DNA of 64,000 nt from Nitrosopumilaceae archaeon (GCA_965200155.1 CBDATR010000009.1:32001-96000), one strand, 5' to 3'; shown: positions 20,228 to 32,790, counted from the stretch's first letter. The notes: generated from the sequence alone by a model not told the origin. A program made the numbers and translations.

Positions 20228-22025
20228 TTAACTGGTGATGGTAAAGGTTACAGTGTTGGACATGGTATGAGTTCCTGAGGGTCCAGGGGTTCTCACAAAT
20301 GCCGTATATGTGTCAGCATCTAAGTCTTCGAGGGTATAGGAGTTAGTTGATACGCGTGCTGCTCCGCCAGTAATGACTCGGTCTCTGTCCCCATCAAATA
20401 CCACCACGATATAGGTAGTATCTGCCAAGTCGTTCCAGCTTAGAGTAACATCATTGCCACTTATGGTTCTACTTAGTGTTAAAGATGTCTGATCGTCAGG
20501 TGATGTCTGATCTTCACTGCTACTAGATGATGTAGTGAACTTTAGGGTTCCCAGAATTCCAGCGGGAACACAGTCTGTAGACACAATTATGGTGTATTCA
20601 GTATCAGGTGAGAGGCCCGTAATTGTTAGAGGGTTTGATGTGAACACATGTAAATCAGCACTTGAAGGCCCGGAAGAGGTTTGGAAGATATCGGCGATTG
20701 TACAGGCTATGCTCTTTGCGTCATAGTCCTCTGAGGCGACCTCTATAGTTACAGAGGTGCTATTTTTAGTTTTGATTTGGGGTGGATCAATACCAGGATC
20801 ACTTACGGTAAGTACAAATTCATCACGTATGATGTCGCTGCCAGCAGTTGCTTTGACACGTAGAGTGTATTCTCCTGCTGCTGTTCTATCAGGCTCCAAA
20901 AGTAGGATACCACCGGATATTCCTGCAGATCCAGGTAATGTCTTGTCGTTCAGGACCTTTAAATTATATTTGATGTCCCTATCATTATAATCATTTGCAT
21001 TTAGCTTTATGTAACGTGTTGTACCCTCGTCCATGGTAATGTCTGGTATAGTATTAGTGAATCTGAGGATGGAATCAGTATTGACATCGAAGGTTTCTAA
21101 ACTTACACCTTTGCATTCGTTGACCACACTGATGGTGTAATCAGTATTAGGTAAGAGGTTTGTGATTGTCATGTTACCATGAATAGTCAGAGATTCGGTC
21201 TGCATAAGCTTCCATGGGGAAGATTCAAAGACATCAGCTACTACACAAAGAGGTGAGTCTTTATAATTTGTTGGTTCAGTTCCAGGTACTTCGATAGTTA
21301 TAGAATTTGGCGTTCTTTCTGAGATACTAGGTGGATCTATAACGTCGTCATTTACGGTAAGTACAAAGTCCTCATGTATGGGATCGCTACCACTAGTTGC
21401 TGTGACACGCAGTGAATATTGTCCACTATCGGTTCTGCCAGGAAGCAAAACAATGTGGTCTGTAATTGCACCGTCAGAAGATATGGGAGCTATGTATGCA
21501 AATCCGGGTGCAGCTGTGCCGTCCTGTTTGGTTATTGCATATGTGACAGAATCACTCGCAGGGGTTACACTGAGTGGTATGGTTTTCTTCTCGGCCTCAT
21601 TCATGGTAATGTCTGGTATAGTATTAATGGAACTAGGGGGAGGGACTTTTGTCTTAAAGAATACAAGGTTGGACTTGACAAAGCCGTCTCCAATGGTTCT
21701 GACAAATACGCTATATTGGGTGTCAGGAGTCAGTCCGGTAATATCATATGTGTCTCCTGAAGTGCGTGTTACCCCACCGGGAATTCTTTCTATATATCCA
21801 TCACGTAACGACACGACATATTCGGTATCGCCTGGGTACTGGTGCCATGTAACTGTGGCACTAGTGGAGGTGGTGTCAGATACATATATTATGATAGACT
21901 CGATTGTTTGAGCAAACGCAAGATCAGTGGCCGGTACTAATACTAGTAAAAGTGCAAGGAGGAGACCCCCCCCCCCCGATTAAAGCTTTAAGTACGATAT
22001 TGTTACGGTTAGTAGATTGTAACAT
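20228..22025 (-). CDS. Secreted fibronectin type III / Ig-like repeat protein, frameshifted at a G12 tract in the signal-peptide region
   Basis: ITGLTPDTQY/ITNLLPNTDY/ITGLSPDTEY FN3 motifs, IPDITM..G.Y.LRV.AT repeats; ATG 22025 joins the main frame if the tract is G11. Confidence 0.8.
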
Positions 22026-22078
22026 TTTGATAAAATATGGTCTACAATAATATAACTATTGTCATCACATTAGTTTGT

Positions 22079-23148
22079 TTCAATAGTACGAAAAGTAAGT
22101 CCGCTTAGGATCCGGCGTACAGTAGCTGACTATTTCATTGCACAAGCCAGATGGTAAAGAGAATAACAGAGGAATCACGATAAAAGAGGCGTTGCCGCCA
22201 CCAACATCTCAAGACCTGAAACAAGACACGTACGAAGATTGTGAACCAGAGAACGGGAACGACTCGAGTAAAGATGGGCAGGCCCATGATACCAATCACC
22301 GCTACCCAGATACGAATGGTAACTGAAGCATACAGCAAGGATCCCGCCGGAGTAGTACGTATTGCAAAGAGGCTTAGACATAATACATATCACGCAGTAT
22401 ATCGCATAATGAAAAAGAACGGTACGGCAGGATCATCACCTGCAAAGTCAGAGTGGGTACTCTATGGGCGTAAATATTCCAATGCAATGTGGCACTGCCA
22501 TGTCATGAAAAGATGAGCGCTTCAGGGGGACTGAATCTCATAGATGATACATCCAGGTGTATAGTCGGAGCGGCACTATTTGAGCATGCAACATGAGAAC
22601 GCCGTTCTATTACTGAGACTGGCAATGAAACGATTCGGCGCCCCTGCATTTCGAATAACGGCGCGTGTTTCGTAGGACAATAAAAGGGCAAGAAAAGCTG
22701 GAAACCCACTATTCTAGGAAGAACTGCTGAATCAAGACATCATACTAATCAATTCCAGACCATACCGCCCGCAGACAAATGGCAAACTGGAGCGCTTCCA
22801 TGGAATGATTGAGGACGAGGGGACTCTTATTTAAGAGTCCAATGAGATATGACATCATGACAGTCTCCGGGATTATGTGGACTACTACAATGAGAGAAGG
22901 TTGCACGTCTCACTGGATATAGATAACGGCGAAACGCCGCTTCAGGAATAAAAAGGCGGTATGAGTTCACGTCTTCCGGAATCTTGTACACAAATCACAT
23001 TAACTAGAACAACCTGTTCCATCAGTTGTGCGTAAATTTAGACACAGGTGAACTCATACAAAAGGCGACCCAGATAATTATAGCAAATGATGCAAAATGG
23101 ATGGAGCGGGATGCCAATGACTAGCGGACCGACTTTTCATACATTACA
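22079..23148 (+). mobile_element. IS481-like element copy 2, transposase pseudogene
   Basis: Imperfect TIR GTACGAAAAGTAAGTCCGCT/AGCGGACCGACTTTTCATAC; RPQTNGKLERFHG and YVDYYNERR.H motifs. Confidence 0.8.
22959..23059 (+). mobile_element. MITE family 1, variant B, nested in IS481-like copy 2
   Basis: TSD AAAAGGCG. Confidence 0.95.
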
Positions 23149-23325
23149 ATCATCATGATTCAGGACAACACTTATCTTTCTGCCTATGGGTGTGTTATAA
23201 TCGGGGAACTCGAATACTTTAACGGCCATACCATTTTGTTGTAGCTTGTTGGCCAACATTATTGCCTGTGTTTGTTTCCCTGCCTGATCTATTTCCTCTA
23301 TCGCTATTATCATAGTATAATGGTA

Positions 23326-23721
23326 TTAGTGGTCGTTTAAGAATGCCGGTCGTAGGTGGTTCAGGTACCTCGCATGGCCACGAACTACATATGCCAGCTG
23401 GTAGGCGGCACGATATACGGCCCACCACAATAGTACCATGACCGGGATTTGCAGGTAAACACCCTCTTCCGGGAATGCCACCAAGTATAGAATAGACATT
23501 ACTGCAAAGAATGTGAACGAGATCAGGATACCAGTATAGAGAGCACGCCCTCCTTGTCTCGTTGGGCTACCCAGCCATGGCGCATATTGTATTGCATATG
23601 CCGTGATACAGACAGCGGCCAGACAGACTATGAAACTAACGTCAAAGTATGCGCCCAGTATGAACAATGCAATAGACGAGGACAGTAGTCCTGCATCCAC
23701 CATTCTACGATAAGGCGGCAA
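23326..23721 (-). CDS. Hypothetical membrane protein
   Basis: 131-aa ORF with about four hydrophobic segments. Confidence 0.55.
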   Translation of the reverse strand: MPPYRRMVDAGLLSSSIALFILGAYFDVSFIVCLAAVCITAYAIQYAPWLGSPTRQGGRALYTGILISFTFFAVMSILYLVAFPEEGVYLQIPVMVLLWWAVYRAAYQLAYVVRGHARYLNHLRPAFLNDH

Positions 23722-23742
23722 TTATCTCAAATACGACTCTAA

Positions 23743-24024
23743 TCAAGTCATCCTTAAACGAGTACCCAAGAGTGCCCCTATAACTCCAGTAGTAATGGAA
23801 CCTCTAAACTTCTCGATAGTACGAAGAATTGTAAGAATTACTTCTTTTGTATTATCATATCCATCTTTAAGCAGCTGTCTCAAATCTGCCTCTATTTTGC
23901 CTAATGGTTTAGAAGCTTCAACCTCTTCATATGTTACACCATCTTTTTTTAGTGTGTCAATGATGTTGTAGGCTGTCGCCTTGGCATCAGTAAGTACAGA
24001 ATCAACGTCGGCCATATTATACAC
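23743..24024 (-). CDS. Hypothetical protein
   Basis: 93-aa ORF, co-oriented with the membrane ORF; no motif recognised. Confidence 0.55.
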   Translation of the reverse strand: MYNMADVDSVLTDAKATAYNIIDTLKKDGVTYEEVEASKPLGKIEADLRQLLKDGYDNTKEVILTILRTIEKFRGSITTGVIGALLGTRLRMT

Positions 24025-24074
24025 ACAAACGCATAAAAATATATCTAATGTTATAGTTTGTCGTATAACTGACT

Positions 24075-24500
24075 AAGTTCCCGTGTACCGATCTAGTTCC
24101 CCTAGGTCGCCGCTTTCGGCCACTCATTATACTTGTATGTTATCTCATTTTGGCGCTGTAAAGGAATGGGCGCGTGACTTGGGAACATGCTTCCGGTGAC
24201 TTGTTGGGCGGGTGAACCGCCCCTCGGTGAGTGGATGAACCGCTCCCTCGACTATGTGTTCCGTCCGGACGCCTCCGGTTGGGTGGGGAACGGTTCGGCG
24301 CCCCCGGACGACCTGCTCGGCCACCCCCATGCATGGAAACCGGTTACTGTGCGCGGTATTAATGTCCGCGTCAAACACACGGTTACATATTGAATGTGTC
24401 CCTAGTTAAGCGTGATTGACCTGATTAACAATCGGTACCTGATTCAAAATAGCCGGATCACCGATCAAATGAGTCCCTGATCATGATTTCCCATTCACAT
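24075..24500 (-). mobile_element. Internally deleted tnpB-derived remnant
   Basis: SRLTRDTF and DADINTAHSNRFPCMG match the tnpB C-terminus at 25685-26089; followed by a hairpin-rich tail. Confidence 0.65.
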
Positions 24501-24809
24501 AAAACATATTTCGATACAAGAGTATAGATTCAAGTACAGCAATGCAATATAGTATTGAGAGAGTGGAAAAGATGATGGATAGTAAAAAAGAGATTCATCT
24601 TCACGATGATTCAATGACTGATCTGAGTCTCAGACACTCTCATCATAATTATATTTTTCCGGACGTACAGCTCTCATCCATATCCTTGGCAATGATGCCC
24701 ACAGTGTGGCATCATTCAATCATGTTTGACTTCATGTCCGGCCAAAATCAAGTATACAGACATGTTTTGTTACAAGTTGATACAAATTAATACAAAATAG
24801 CATATACTG

Positions 24810-25371
24810 ATACAACCATTATTGTTCTATGAAAAGAACGGAAGTTGAAGTCAAGATAAACAATCCAGTGTACAATCAGGAGAGCCAAACAAAGAGTCAT
24901 GTTTGCCAGAACCCAGTTAATTATGAACAAGTTGGTCGTCAAGACATTCCCCGGCATCACAACGGCTGATATCAACAAATTCGTGACCGAGAACGCCCAG
25001 TGGATTGCAGACAAGCAGGCATTATATGACCAAAAGAGAGAGGCAGTTTCCAGTCTCAAACCGCAGTCAGTTCAGTGGGTCATTGAACGGACTCATGAGC
25101 TTGCCAAAATGATAGTGTGAAGCCCGCCAAGGCATCAGTGAAAAGATTCAGGGGAGGCGACTGTAGCCGTAATAACGAGATTCGCTATGAGGAGCGGCTG
25201 TTACGAGCCCCCAAACATGTGATAGAATCCACCATCATTCACGAGCTATGCCATATTGTTCACCATAACCATTCAAAACAATTCTGGACGCTAGTACACG
25301 AACATTGCCCAAACCATGACGAGACCAAGAAGTGGTTAAGGGTGAATGCCCGCGGCCTGCTCCAGTATTAG
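24810..25371 (+). pseudogene. M48/YgjP (DUF45) zinc metallopeptidase, fragmented
   Basis: APKHVIESTIIHELCHIVHHNHSKQFW motif; split over frames. Confidence 0.7.
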
Positions 25372-25381
25372 AACGGCTTTT

Positions 25382-25480
25382 GTATGAGTTCACGTCTTCC
25401 GGAATCTTATGCACAAAAGAACCGGTTCTTTAACTGTCGCGATCAGTTATGCGTAAATTTAGACACAGGTGAACTCATAC
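25382..25480 (+). mobile_element. MITE family 1, variant A
   Basis: TSD CGGCTTTT. Confidence 0.95.
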
Positions 25481-25684
25481 CGGCTTTTCATTATTTCAAT
25501 AATGGGGCCGGACACGGCCAAAAGTGATTCGTACAGAGCCGGACACGGCCGCTAGAACGGCTGATCGCTACCTTAAAAGAGCGGTCATGCACTTGAACAA
25601 GTTGGTAACTCATCGCTAACATCATGTTCTTATCATGGTAGCGGGATTTGAACCCCTGTTATGGCACTAACCGTAAGTCTTTGT

Positions 25685-27053
25685 TCACGTGGCGCCGAAA
25701 CCTCGCACGACCATCATGATGTCCACGGGATGTCGGTTTTCCGCCCCGTGAACAATGGCGCCTTTGGTCCGGTGGTGTAACCACCGATTCCAGGACGACA
25801 TGCTCTGCCGCCCCATACAGGGAAACCGGTTACTGTACGCGACATTTACGTCCGCGTGAGACTCCTGCTTACAAATAGTACAGACGAATCTGTTCCTAGT
25901 TAAACGTGATTTTTTGTCGATATTCCCGCACACATAACATGTCTGGCTCGTATACTGACTGGGGACAGGTATTAGATCGGTTCCCTTGATCTCACACTTC
26001 TGGCCCAGCTTTCGCAAGAACCCGCCAGCGTGGTTCTCTCGCATGGGACGATTCAGTCCGCGTTTCCGGTTGCCACCGTGAGTAGTCATATGGGTTTTAT
26101 CGACAGGTTCTAGACACCGACCGAGTCCACGCCATCTGCGACTGCATGAATTATTCTATTTGTGGAGTCATCAGCTACATTGTTAGCCTTCTTCCATAAC
26201 CGGCGTATCTGTTTTTCCAACCGGCGCCTCTGCCTACCCTTCAAGTATGAGAGTCGGCCTTTCAGCCGGTTGATCTTCACCAATATCTCGCGATGCCTCA
26301 TGTTATGGAATGAAATGTTCCCGGCCGAGTCATCTGTGACTGCCAAGTGTTTGCCACCGACATCCACGCCGCGATCAATGCCGGTTGACACGTGCCTTTT
26401 AGGCACCATTCCAATATTGATGTGAATCTCGAATTTGCGTTCTCCTGGAATAGTTCTCTTGTCTGTTCTCGCGACTAGTTTGAATGAGCTCATGTCCCAG
26501 TAATGATAGATTGGCTTTGTCGTTCTCGCGACACCAATGCCCGGCAGGTATAGTTCGTGAGAACCGCGCCTTATTGGCGGACTCATATATGATAGTATGA
26601 TTCTGTCACGCCGGTGTGGGATATTGTCGGAACCGTCCTCAAAGGCGCGCCTGCACGCGACAGGCGCCTGTAGTATGGCACCCCGGCCATAGTTAGCTGG
26701 TAACTCGCGCAACCACTCCAGATCACGGCGCCACTTTGTCAATTCCAGTAACAAGCCATTCTTGTTGGACGGGTAAACCGTCCCCTGATAACCGTTTTAG
26801 AACGTGGTATCTGATTCACGTATAATGAATCACCCTTCTTTAGGCCGTACGATGATCTTGAACCGTTTTTAACCTTGGCCGGGTCATGCTTCAATTCAAG
26901 AGTGGTTCCGGGTATATAGTAACTGCCCAACGTGATCTCGGACACCGCCCTGTCATATACGTAATCGGATGTGTGACCGAATATCTCGGCGCGCCGGGAG
27001 AACTCCTTATTACTCTTCAACAGTATAACGACAGTCCGAATTATGTCCTCCAT
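25685..27053 (-). pseudogene. tnpB: IS200/IS605-family TnpB RNA-guided nuclease, in three fragments
   Basis: RuvC-I GVDVG; RuvC-II Glu position is a TAG stop (VGV*NL); YTSQTCYVCG..FVCTIC..HADVNVA zinc finger/RuvC-III. Confidence 0.85.
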
Positions 27054-27426
27054 TATCTGGCGATTCTACTCTAGTAGTGATTCTATAACAGTCCTATACC
27101 CGGCAAAGACTTATGGTGGGCGCTGTACATAAGGAGATAAAAAATAGAGATAGGAAGATCGAGCTGGAAGAGTCATCTGCAAACTTAATCACACATGAAA
27201 GACGACGCATATCTTCACAAGAGAAAGCCGATCCGGACGATGTATGCCATTACGTAAATTTGGACAGTAATAAAATCTGGGTATTCTGGTACATTTGCAG
27301 TCATGTGTCAAAAAACATCAGTCACGTCTGTTGTTCAAGTATATGGATGCCAAAAACGCTGTTTCTATCTTATGATCAAAACATATGAACTCATACAAAT
27401 TATAAATTAAACTAAAAATGTAGTGA

Positions 27427-28719
27427 TTATGGATAGTAACCGGAACCGAACAGATAGCCGTCATGTTTGACCATCCAAGAACGCTTTGAGGCATCTTCGC
27501 CGGTTGATGGATCTAGGAATTCATACTCAACCCAAATACCTTCGTCCTCTTCTAGACTGCGGAACTCTTCAACAGAGACACTTGACTGATAGAACACTAC
27601 ATCGGCAGTATCGGCATCGCCTACCAAGGCTGGATCTCTCCCATGAGCTACTATTGATAGTTCATCAAGATCAAGTACAAAGGGATAGTTTGGATCAGTT
27701 GACATGAACATATTTATGGTATCAAAGGCAGTATCCGGATTCCGGTCATATAGGCGAATCATCTCCCCAACTACGCCCTGTGTTCTCACATCATCTGTCA
27801 CAGAAAGGCGAGCGCCAAAGACGTATCCGTCATAGTGTTTTAACCATCCACGTTCATAGCCAACTATATTACCTGATAGATCTGGAAGTGGATAACTAAG
27901 CCAAACGCCGTCACTATTTAGAATCAGGTCTTTAAATACTTCTATTGGCAAGAATGCATTACTTAGTAACAATTCAGTATTAAGTCCAATAAGCTCCGGT
28001 GTCGCATTGTGTGCCATAAGAATATAACTGTCCGCATCTACAACATATCCTACTACTTCAGCAGCCGGACTTACTGATGCCCTCGCATTAATCATGTCCA
28101 AGGCATCGTCGCCATTATCCATGTATAGTGTAATTAATTCATCTACGAATTCTTGGACTTCAATATCTGCCATCTCGGCTTCGGACATCTTGTCCTCCAT
28201 CATGGTATCTTCCATCATCATATTGTTATCTTCCATCGTGGAACCAGTTACTACGACCTCACCCATTGCCCATGGATGCAGGATACAACCGTACTGGTAC
28301 GTACCTACAGTATCAAACTGGAAGCCAAAGCTCTTGCCATTATCAATGAATGCGTCAAAGTCCCCATCGGGATGAGGATTGCCAGTTACCGAGTGCAGTA
28401 CGTTATCATTATTGGTCCAGACCACTTCTGTTCCGGCTTCCACTTCTATACTGGATGGCGTAAAGCAGATATCAGTATTTCTACAGGACGGAAATAGTGC
28501 GCCCTCAGGTATAGTTACATCTACAGTGGGTGGAGGAGGACCTGTCCTGACTTCTACATACTCATTAGTTGTATTACATTCGGGCATGGACTCATCACCA
28601 TTATCGTATACTATACAGATGGTAGTGACTTGCCAATAGGATGATTTCTCATCCTCTGCCATAGCAGGAATTGTGACCATACTTATCGCTGCAAGTACTA
28701 AAAGTGCATACAATTTCAT
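27427..28719 (-). CDS. Secreted cupredoxin (blue copper) domain protein with two Cache-like domains
   Basis: Signal peptide; WTNND..HSV and YGCILHPWAMG type-1 Cu ligands; two repeats of AH..P.L.G..G.W..Y..P....K/RxW..HxDGYxFG. Confidence 0.8.
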   Translation of the reverse strand: MKLYALLVLAAISMVTIPAMAEDEKSSYWQVTTICIVYDNGDESMPECNTTNEYVEVRTGPPPPTVDVTIPEGALFPSCRNTDICFTPSSIEVEAGTEVVWTNNDNVLHSVTGNPHPDGDFDAFIDNGKSFGFQFDTVGTYQYGCILHPWAMGEVVVTGSTMEDNNMMMEDTMMEDKMSEAEMADIEVQEFVDELITLYMDNGDDALDMINARASVSPAAEVVGYVVDADSYILMAHNATPELIGLNTELLLSNAFLPIEVFKDLILNSDGVWLSYPLPDLSGNIVGYERGWLKHYDGYVFGARLSVTDDVRTQGVVGEMIRLYDRNPDTAFDTINMFMSTDPNYPFVLDLDELSIVAHGRDPALVGDADTADVVFYQSSVSVEEFRSLEEDEGIWVEYEFLDPSTGEDASKRSWMVKHDGYLFGSGYYP

Positions 28720-29186
28720 TATGGGCTTAACTATTATTGAGATATATAAGTTATTTTAAAACTTGAGCTTGTTTCATAAATCAGTACAGAATGAGATCCA
28801 CATAGTGCAAATTTGATTATAACATTAAAATCTGAGAAATATTGCAACCAATTTGATGGTCTTCGACAACGCCGTTCTTGATCATGATAACATGGTTAGT
28901 TTGGGTTGGCGCTGACGCGCCAGTGGTTTACAAAATGATCAAGACACTTGAACTGTGTTATCAAATACTACTTCTCCTGTCTCTGTAACGTGTACAAGCA
29001 TGCCCTACCGCAATCATCTTTGCGGTACCAATTGCATCGTCTTTGTCATTTTCTGATCCATAATAGTGCCAGAAACCAGACTTACTTCTCCCATCTATGT
29101 TATATGCCATGTTAGAACTAGTTTTTTACAGAGGTAAAAGGCATGGTCAAGGAATGATACAAGACTAATTTATTCGGTACACTATT

Positions 29187-29287
29187 GTATGAGTTCACCT
29201 GTGTCTAAATTTACGCACAACTGATGGAACAGGTTGTTCTAGTTAATGTGATTTGTGCACAAGATTCCGGAAGACGTGAACTCATAC
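29187..29287 (-). mobile_element. MITE family 1, variant B
   Basis: TSD ACACTATT. Confidence 0.95.
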
Positions 29288-29470
29288 ACACTATTTCGTC
29301 ATCGCGTACCTCAACTATCACACCTAACAGTATTGAGACAATCTACAGTGTTGCCCATGGATTCTCCCCATCAGGTTTCTTTCCACTTATGTCATGCTAT
29401 AATGTTCCATTCTATGGTTAATGGGTTAACATGAACTGTCCTTTTATTATATCATTACTGAATTAAAATC

Positions 29471-30410
29471 ATGAATCTATTGCTGGCTCTAGCACCACTA
29501 GTGGCCGGTACCGCCCATTCCCAGGAACAAACACCTGATCAGTACATGCTGGAATTGATCAACCATGAAAGAGAAATGGCCGGACTACAGCCAGTTTCAC
29601 TTGGTAATGATATGGCGGCCCAGCAACACGCTGAAAACATGCTGGAACACTGCTACTTATCCCACTGGGGACTGGACTGCATGAAACCGTACATGCGATA
29701 ATGGGACAGGTGTCAACGCCGAGAACTTATCCGGCCTCGACTATTGCATCACTCATGATGACTGGTTCGTTCCCGTATCACCATTCCAGGACTTGGAAGA
29801 GATCATGGATGGTTTCATGAACAGCCCGGGACACCGTGATAACATACTAAACGAGCACCGCACCCATGTCGACCTGGGAATCACACATGATGATTATAAC
29901 ATGAGAGTCGTCCAACACTTTGAGTATAGTTACGTGACATTCACAGAGGCATCCATTAATGGCACCACTCTAACATTGAGCGGTCATTCCATGAGTGTTA
30001 TAGACAGCATCTCATTATATCATGACCCATTACCATACAACCTGACACGAGGACAAGTAGAGAGGACATACTGCTATGACAATGGAGTGATGGTGGCCTC
30101 CATAATACCGCCCCCCGTACCTGGAACAGGAATCAGAGACGTTAATGACACGGTGCCCAGACCCATATGATGTAGAGCGGGACGCCAGCTTCCCAGACAC
30201 CATAACATGGCGGCCGGAATACCATGAGGAACTGGTGATGATTCCCTTCATAGAGGCAGAACAATGGAGGGATGACTTTTCCATTACAGCTGACATCACC
30301 ACTATTGGAGCGGCACGGGCCGGGTGTCTATACCACTCTTCTATACGGGGATGGCATTATAATCGGTCAGGCCACCATTATGGACCCGACTTTTATTGAA
30401 CGAGTAATCG
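29471..30410 (+). pseudogene. CAP/SCP-domain secreted protein, frameshifted
   Basis: LINHER..GLQP..AAQQHAENM..SHWG and FMNSPGHRDNIL motifs in different frames. Confidence 0.75.
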
Positions 30411-30507
30411 AGGAAGTAATGGTTTCACTACATTTCATGCCGGAATCCGCCATTCACATGAAGGACAAGACCGAGATTAACATTGACTTGGGTGCAGAAC
30501 GGGTGAG

Positions 30508-30617
30508 GGCGACCATTGCCGGAATGCATCCGGGAATACATGACCCTACAACACGGAAAGAACTCACTCGAGCACCTTTCGGCGACCATTGCCGGAATGC
30601 ATCCGGGAATACATGAC
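30508..30617. repeat. 37-bp direct duplication flanking a unique 36-bp insert
   Basis: GGCGACCATTGCCGGAATGCATCCGGGAATACATGAC at 30508 and 30581. Confidence 0.92.
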
Positions 30618-30999
30618 TGGGAGCGGTGGGCCAAGAATAGAGCAATCGAGAAAATTATTCTAGGCCGCCGATACATAGAGCCGGAAGGAACAGAGCCATT
30701 CCTGGCCGCCGTTATATTATGCAGGAGAATGAATAACCATAAACTGATAGGCCGGTTCTCACATACAGAAGCACTATACTCTATCCACATGATGCAGGGA
30801 CGAAATGTATACATGACTCCCATATGCCGGGGAGGTATTAGACACAGAACCAGGCAACGATAAAGGTCTGTATACGTTGCATATCTTCCAATATTTACCA
30901 CTGGCGGTAGGCCTTGGAAAGACATGGAAGTTGATAAACCAACATATCGACAGGGGCTTTGTCCATTTGGAGCCGGACAAGTTCCTCAGATTGATGCGG

Positions 31000-31100
31000 G
31001 CATGAGTTCACCTGTGTCTAAATTTACGCACAACTGATGGAACAGGTTGTTCTAGTTAATGTGATTTGTGCACAAGATTCCGGAAGACGTGAACTCATAC
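31000..31100 (-). mobile_element. MITE family 1, variant B, inside the PriL-like gene
   Basis: TSD TGATGCGG/TGATGCAG (1 mismatch). Confidence 0.93.
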
Positions 31101-32790
31101 TGATGCAGGATGCCATTACACAGTACATCAGGAACCGTATTGAGGGAATGACCAGTATACCAGCCATTGTAGTACCAGATGATATTGAAAAGTGGTGCCA
31201 GAACCATAATGAATGGCGACACGCCCCCATGCGTAACAAAGTGCCTTGAAATGATGTCACAGGGCGGGAATTTATCACATTCAGGCCGCTTCCTTGTGGT
31301 CATATATAATCCGAATGCCAGAATCGATATTCCGTGTATTAGTGACCTGTTCCAGGGCGCCCCGGACTATAACAAGAAGATAACAGAGTATCACATCAAC
31401 CAGATAAAGAGGAGTGGTTACAAGGTTTCCCAGCTGCTCCTGGATTCGTTCTAATACATTATGTCCGGGTTGTTCCGCGACACATCCGACAAAATATACA
31501 AAAAACTAGATTGGCGGCTCTCTTCCTTCAAGTATGTCGGTGTATCATCTCGCGGAAGAACAGGCTTCTTGATCGTATCTTTCCTGACTCTACCAGCATG
31601 TCATATTCATACTGCCCCATAATGCAACCACCGGAGTATCTTACTTCCATTATACATAGTGATCAATGTATATAAGTTATATTCATTTGTATTAAATTCA
31701 GGGGAGCTCAAGAACATCATCGGCACAGTGCTTGTGAACCCAGATGTTGGCGGAATTCCTTGTCTACCTTTATCATGTCATCACACTTTATCGCAAAGTG
31801 GGCTTTCATGGTTATATACAGATATATTCTTATTATGGCGCTGTAAAGAAATCAGTACATGTTAAAAAAAGAGTACATGGATCCTGCTGTGTTTCTAGTC
31901 AGTTAGTGATGGAATGATTCACGATTTAGGAGAGATCCTCCTCAATAGGGTAGCCCCAGCTCACGGATTGATGTTTTCAGTGGATTAATGAATATTGAAT
32001 GATTCGGGCGCCACTACATTTTCGGTACCGGATAGATTCGCCGTCCAGTCATCCAGGATTCATCATGTATAGGGTCTGCGGGCTACTGATCAACTGTATG
32101 TCAAACTTCAATGACGGTTCCAGAAGTGTTCTGGTATTATGAATGCGGAACGAAATCTCCCAGCCCTCATCCAACGATACTATGATGGTATTGTGACTCT
32201 TCCGCTCTATCTCTTTTAGTCTGGTTGGCAGTTTGATATGATTCACACGTGACATGGGCTTTCGCCTGCCATCACCATGCCCTAATGAGCCATTCAGATT
32301 ATACCCCTCTATTCTTACAAGATTACACTTGTCATCATTACTTTGTAAAAATCGTGCATCCCAATCAAATACTGGAGCAGCCGTCCGGGAACCATTCCGT
32401 TACTCTCGGTCAGTCTGGTCATTACTGAATGCATCCAGGATCGGCTCATACATTTGTGAATCCTTTTCTGTCACATCTCTCCAGTGTGTGATTCCTTGGG
32501 ACTGCCACTCCTGTACTTGATCAAAAATCATCCAGATATCATTCATGTATTCACGAGAGCAGTTAACCCCGACCCACTTTACCAAAATCTATGTTGGGCG
32601 ATAACCGGGAATGCTTCAATGCTTTGTGGTTATTCTTTGCAGAGAACCCAATCTCCCAGGAGTCATCAGTTCTGGCGTTAATGACATCTCGGACATCGCC
32701 GTCCTTGCCGCGGTAGTCCGGCTGAATCTCTATCACACTACCACTGGATATCATGGGTTCCAGATTCATTATGTGAATGATGGTCGCCCT

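Larger units (their letters stand above)
30419..31510 (+). pseudogene. DNA primase large subunit (PriL)-like pseudogene
   Basis: RFSHTEA, WKLINQHIDRGFVHL, PPCVTKCL..GGNLSHSGRF, FQGAPDYNKKITEYHINQI; broken by a 73-bp insertion, a MITE and frameshifts. Confidence 0.75.

Noticed and set aside
25636-25656. tRNA-like T-arm GGGGTTCAAATCCCGCTACCA on the minus strand
   Set aside because: Only a short stem and no D or anticodon arms; it could be tnpB end structure or chance, so no tRNA or att site is called.
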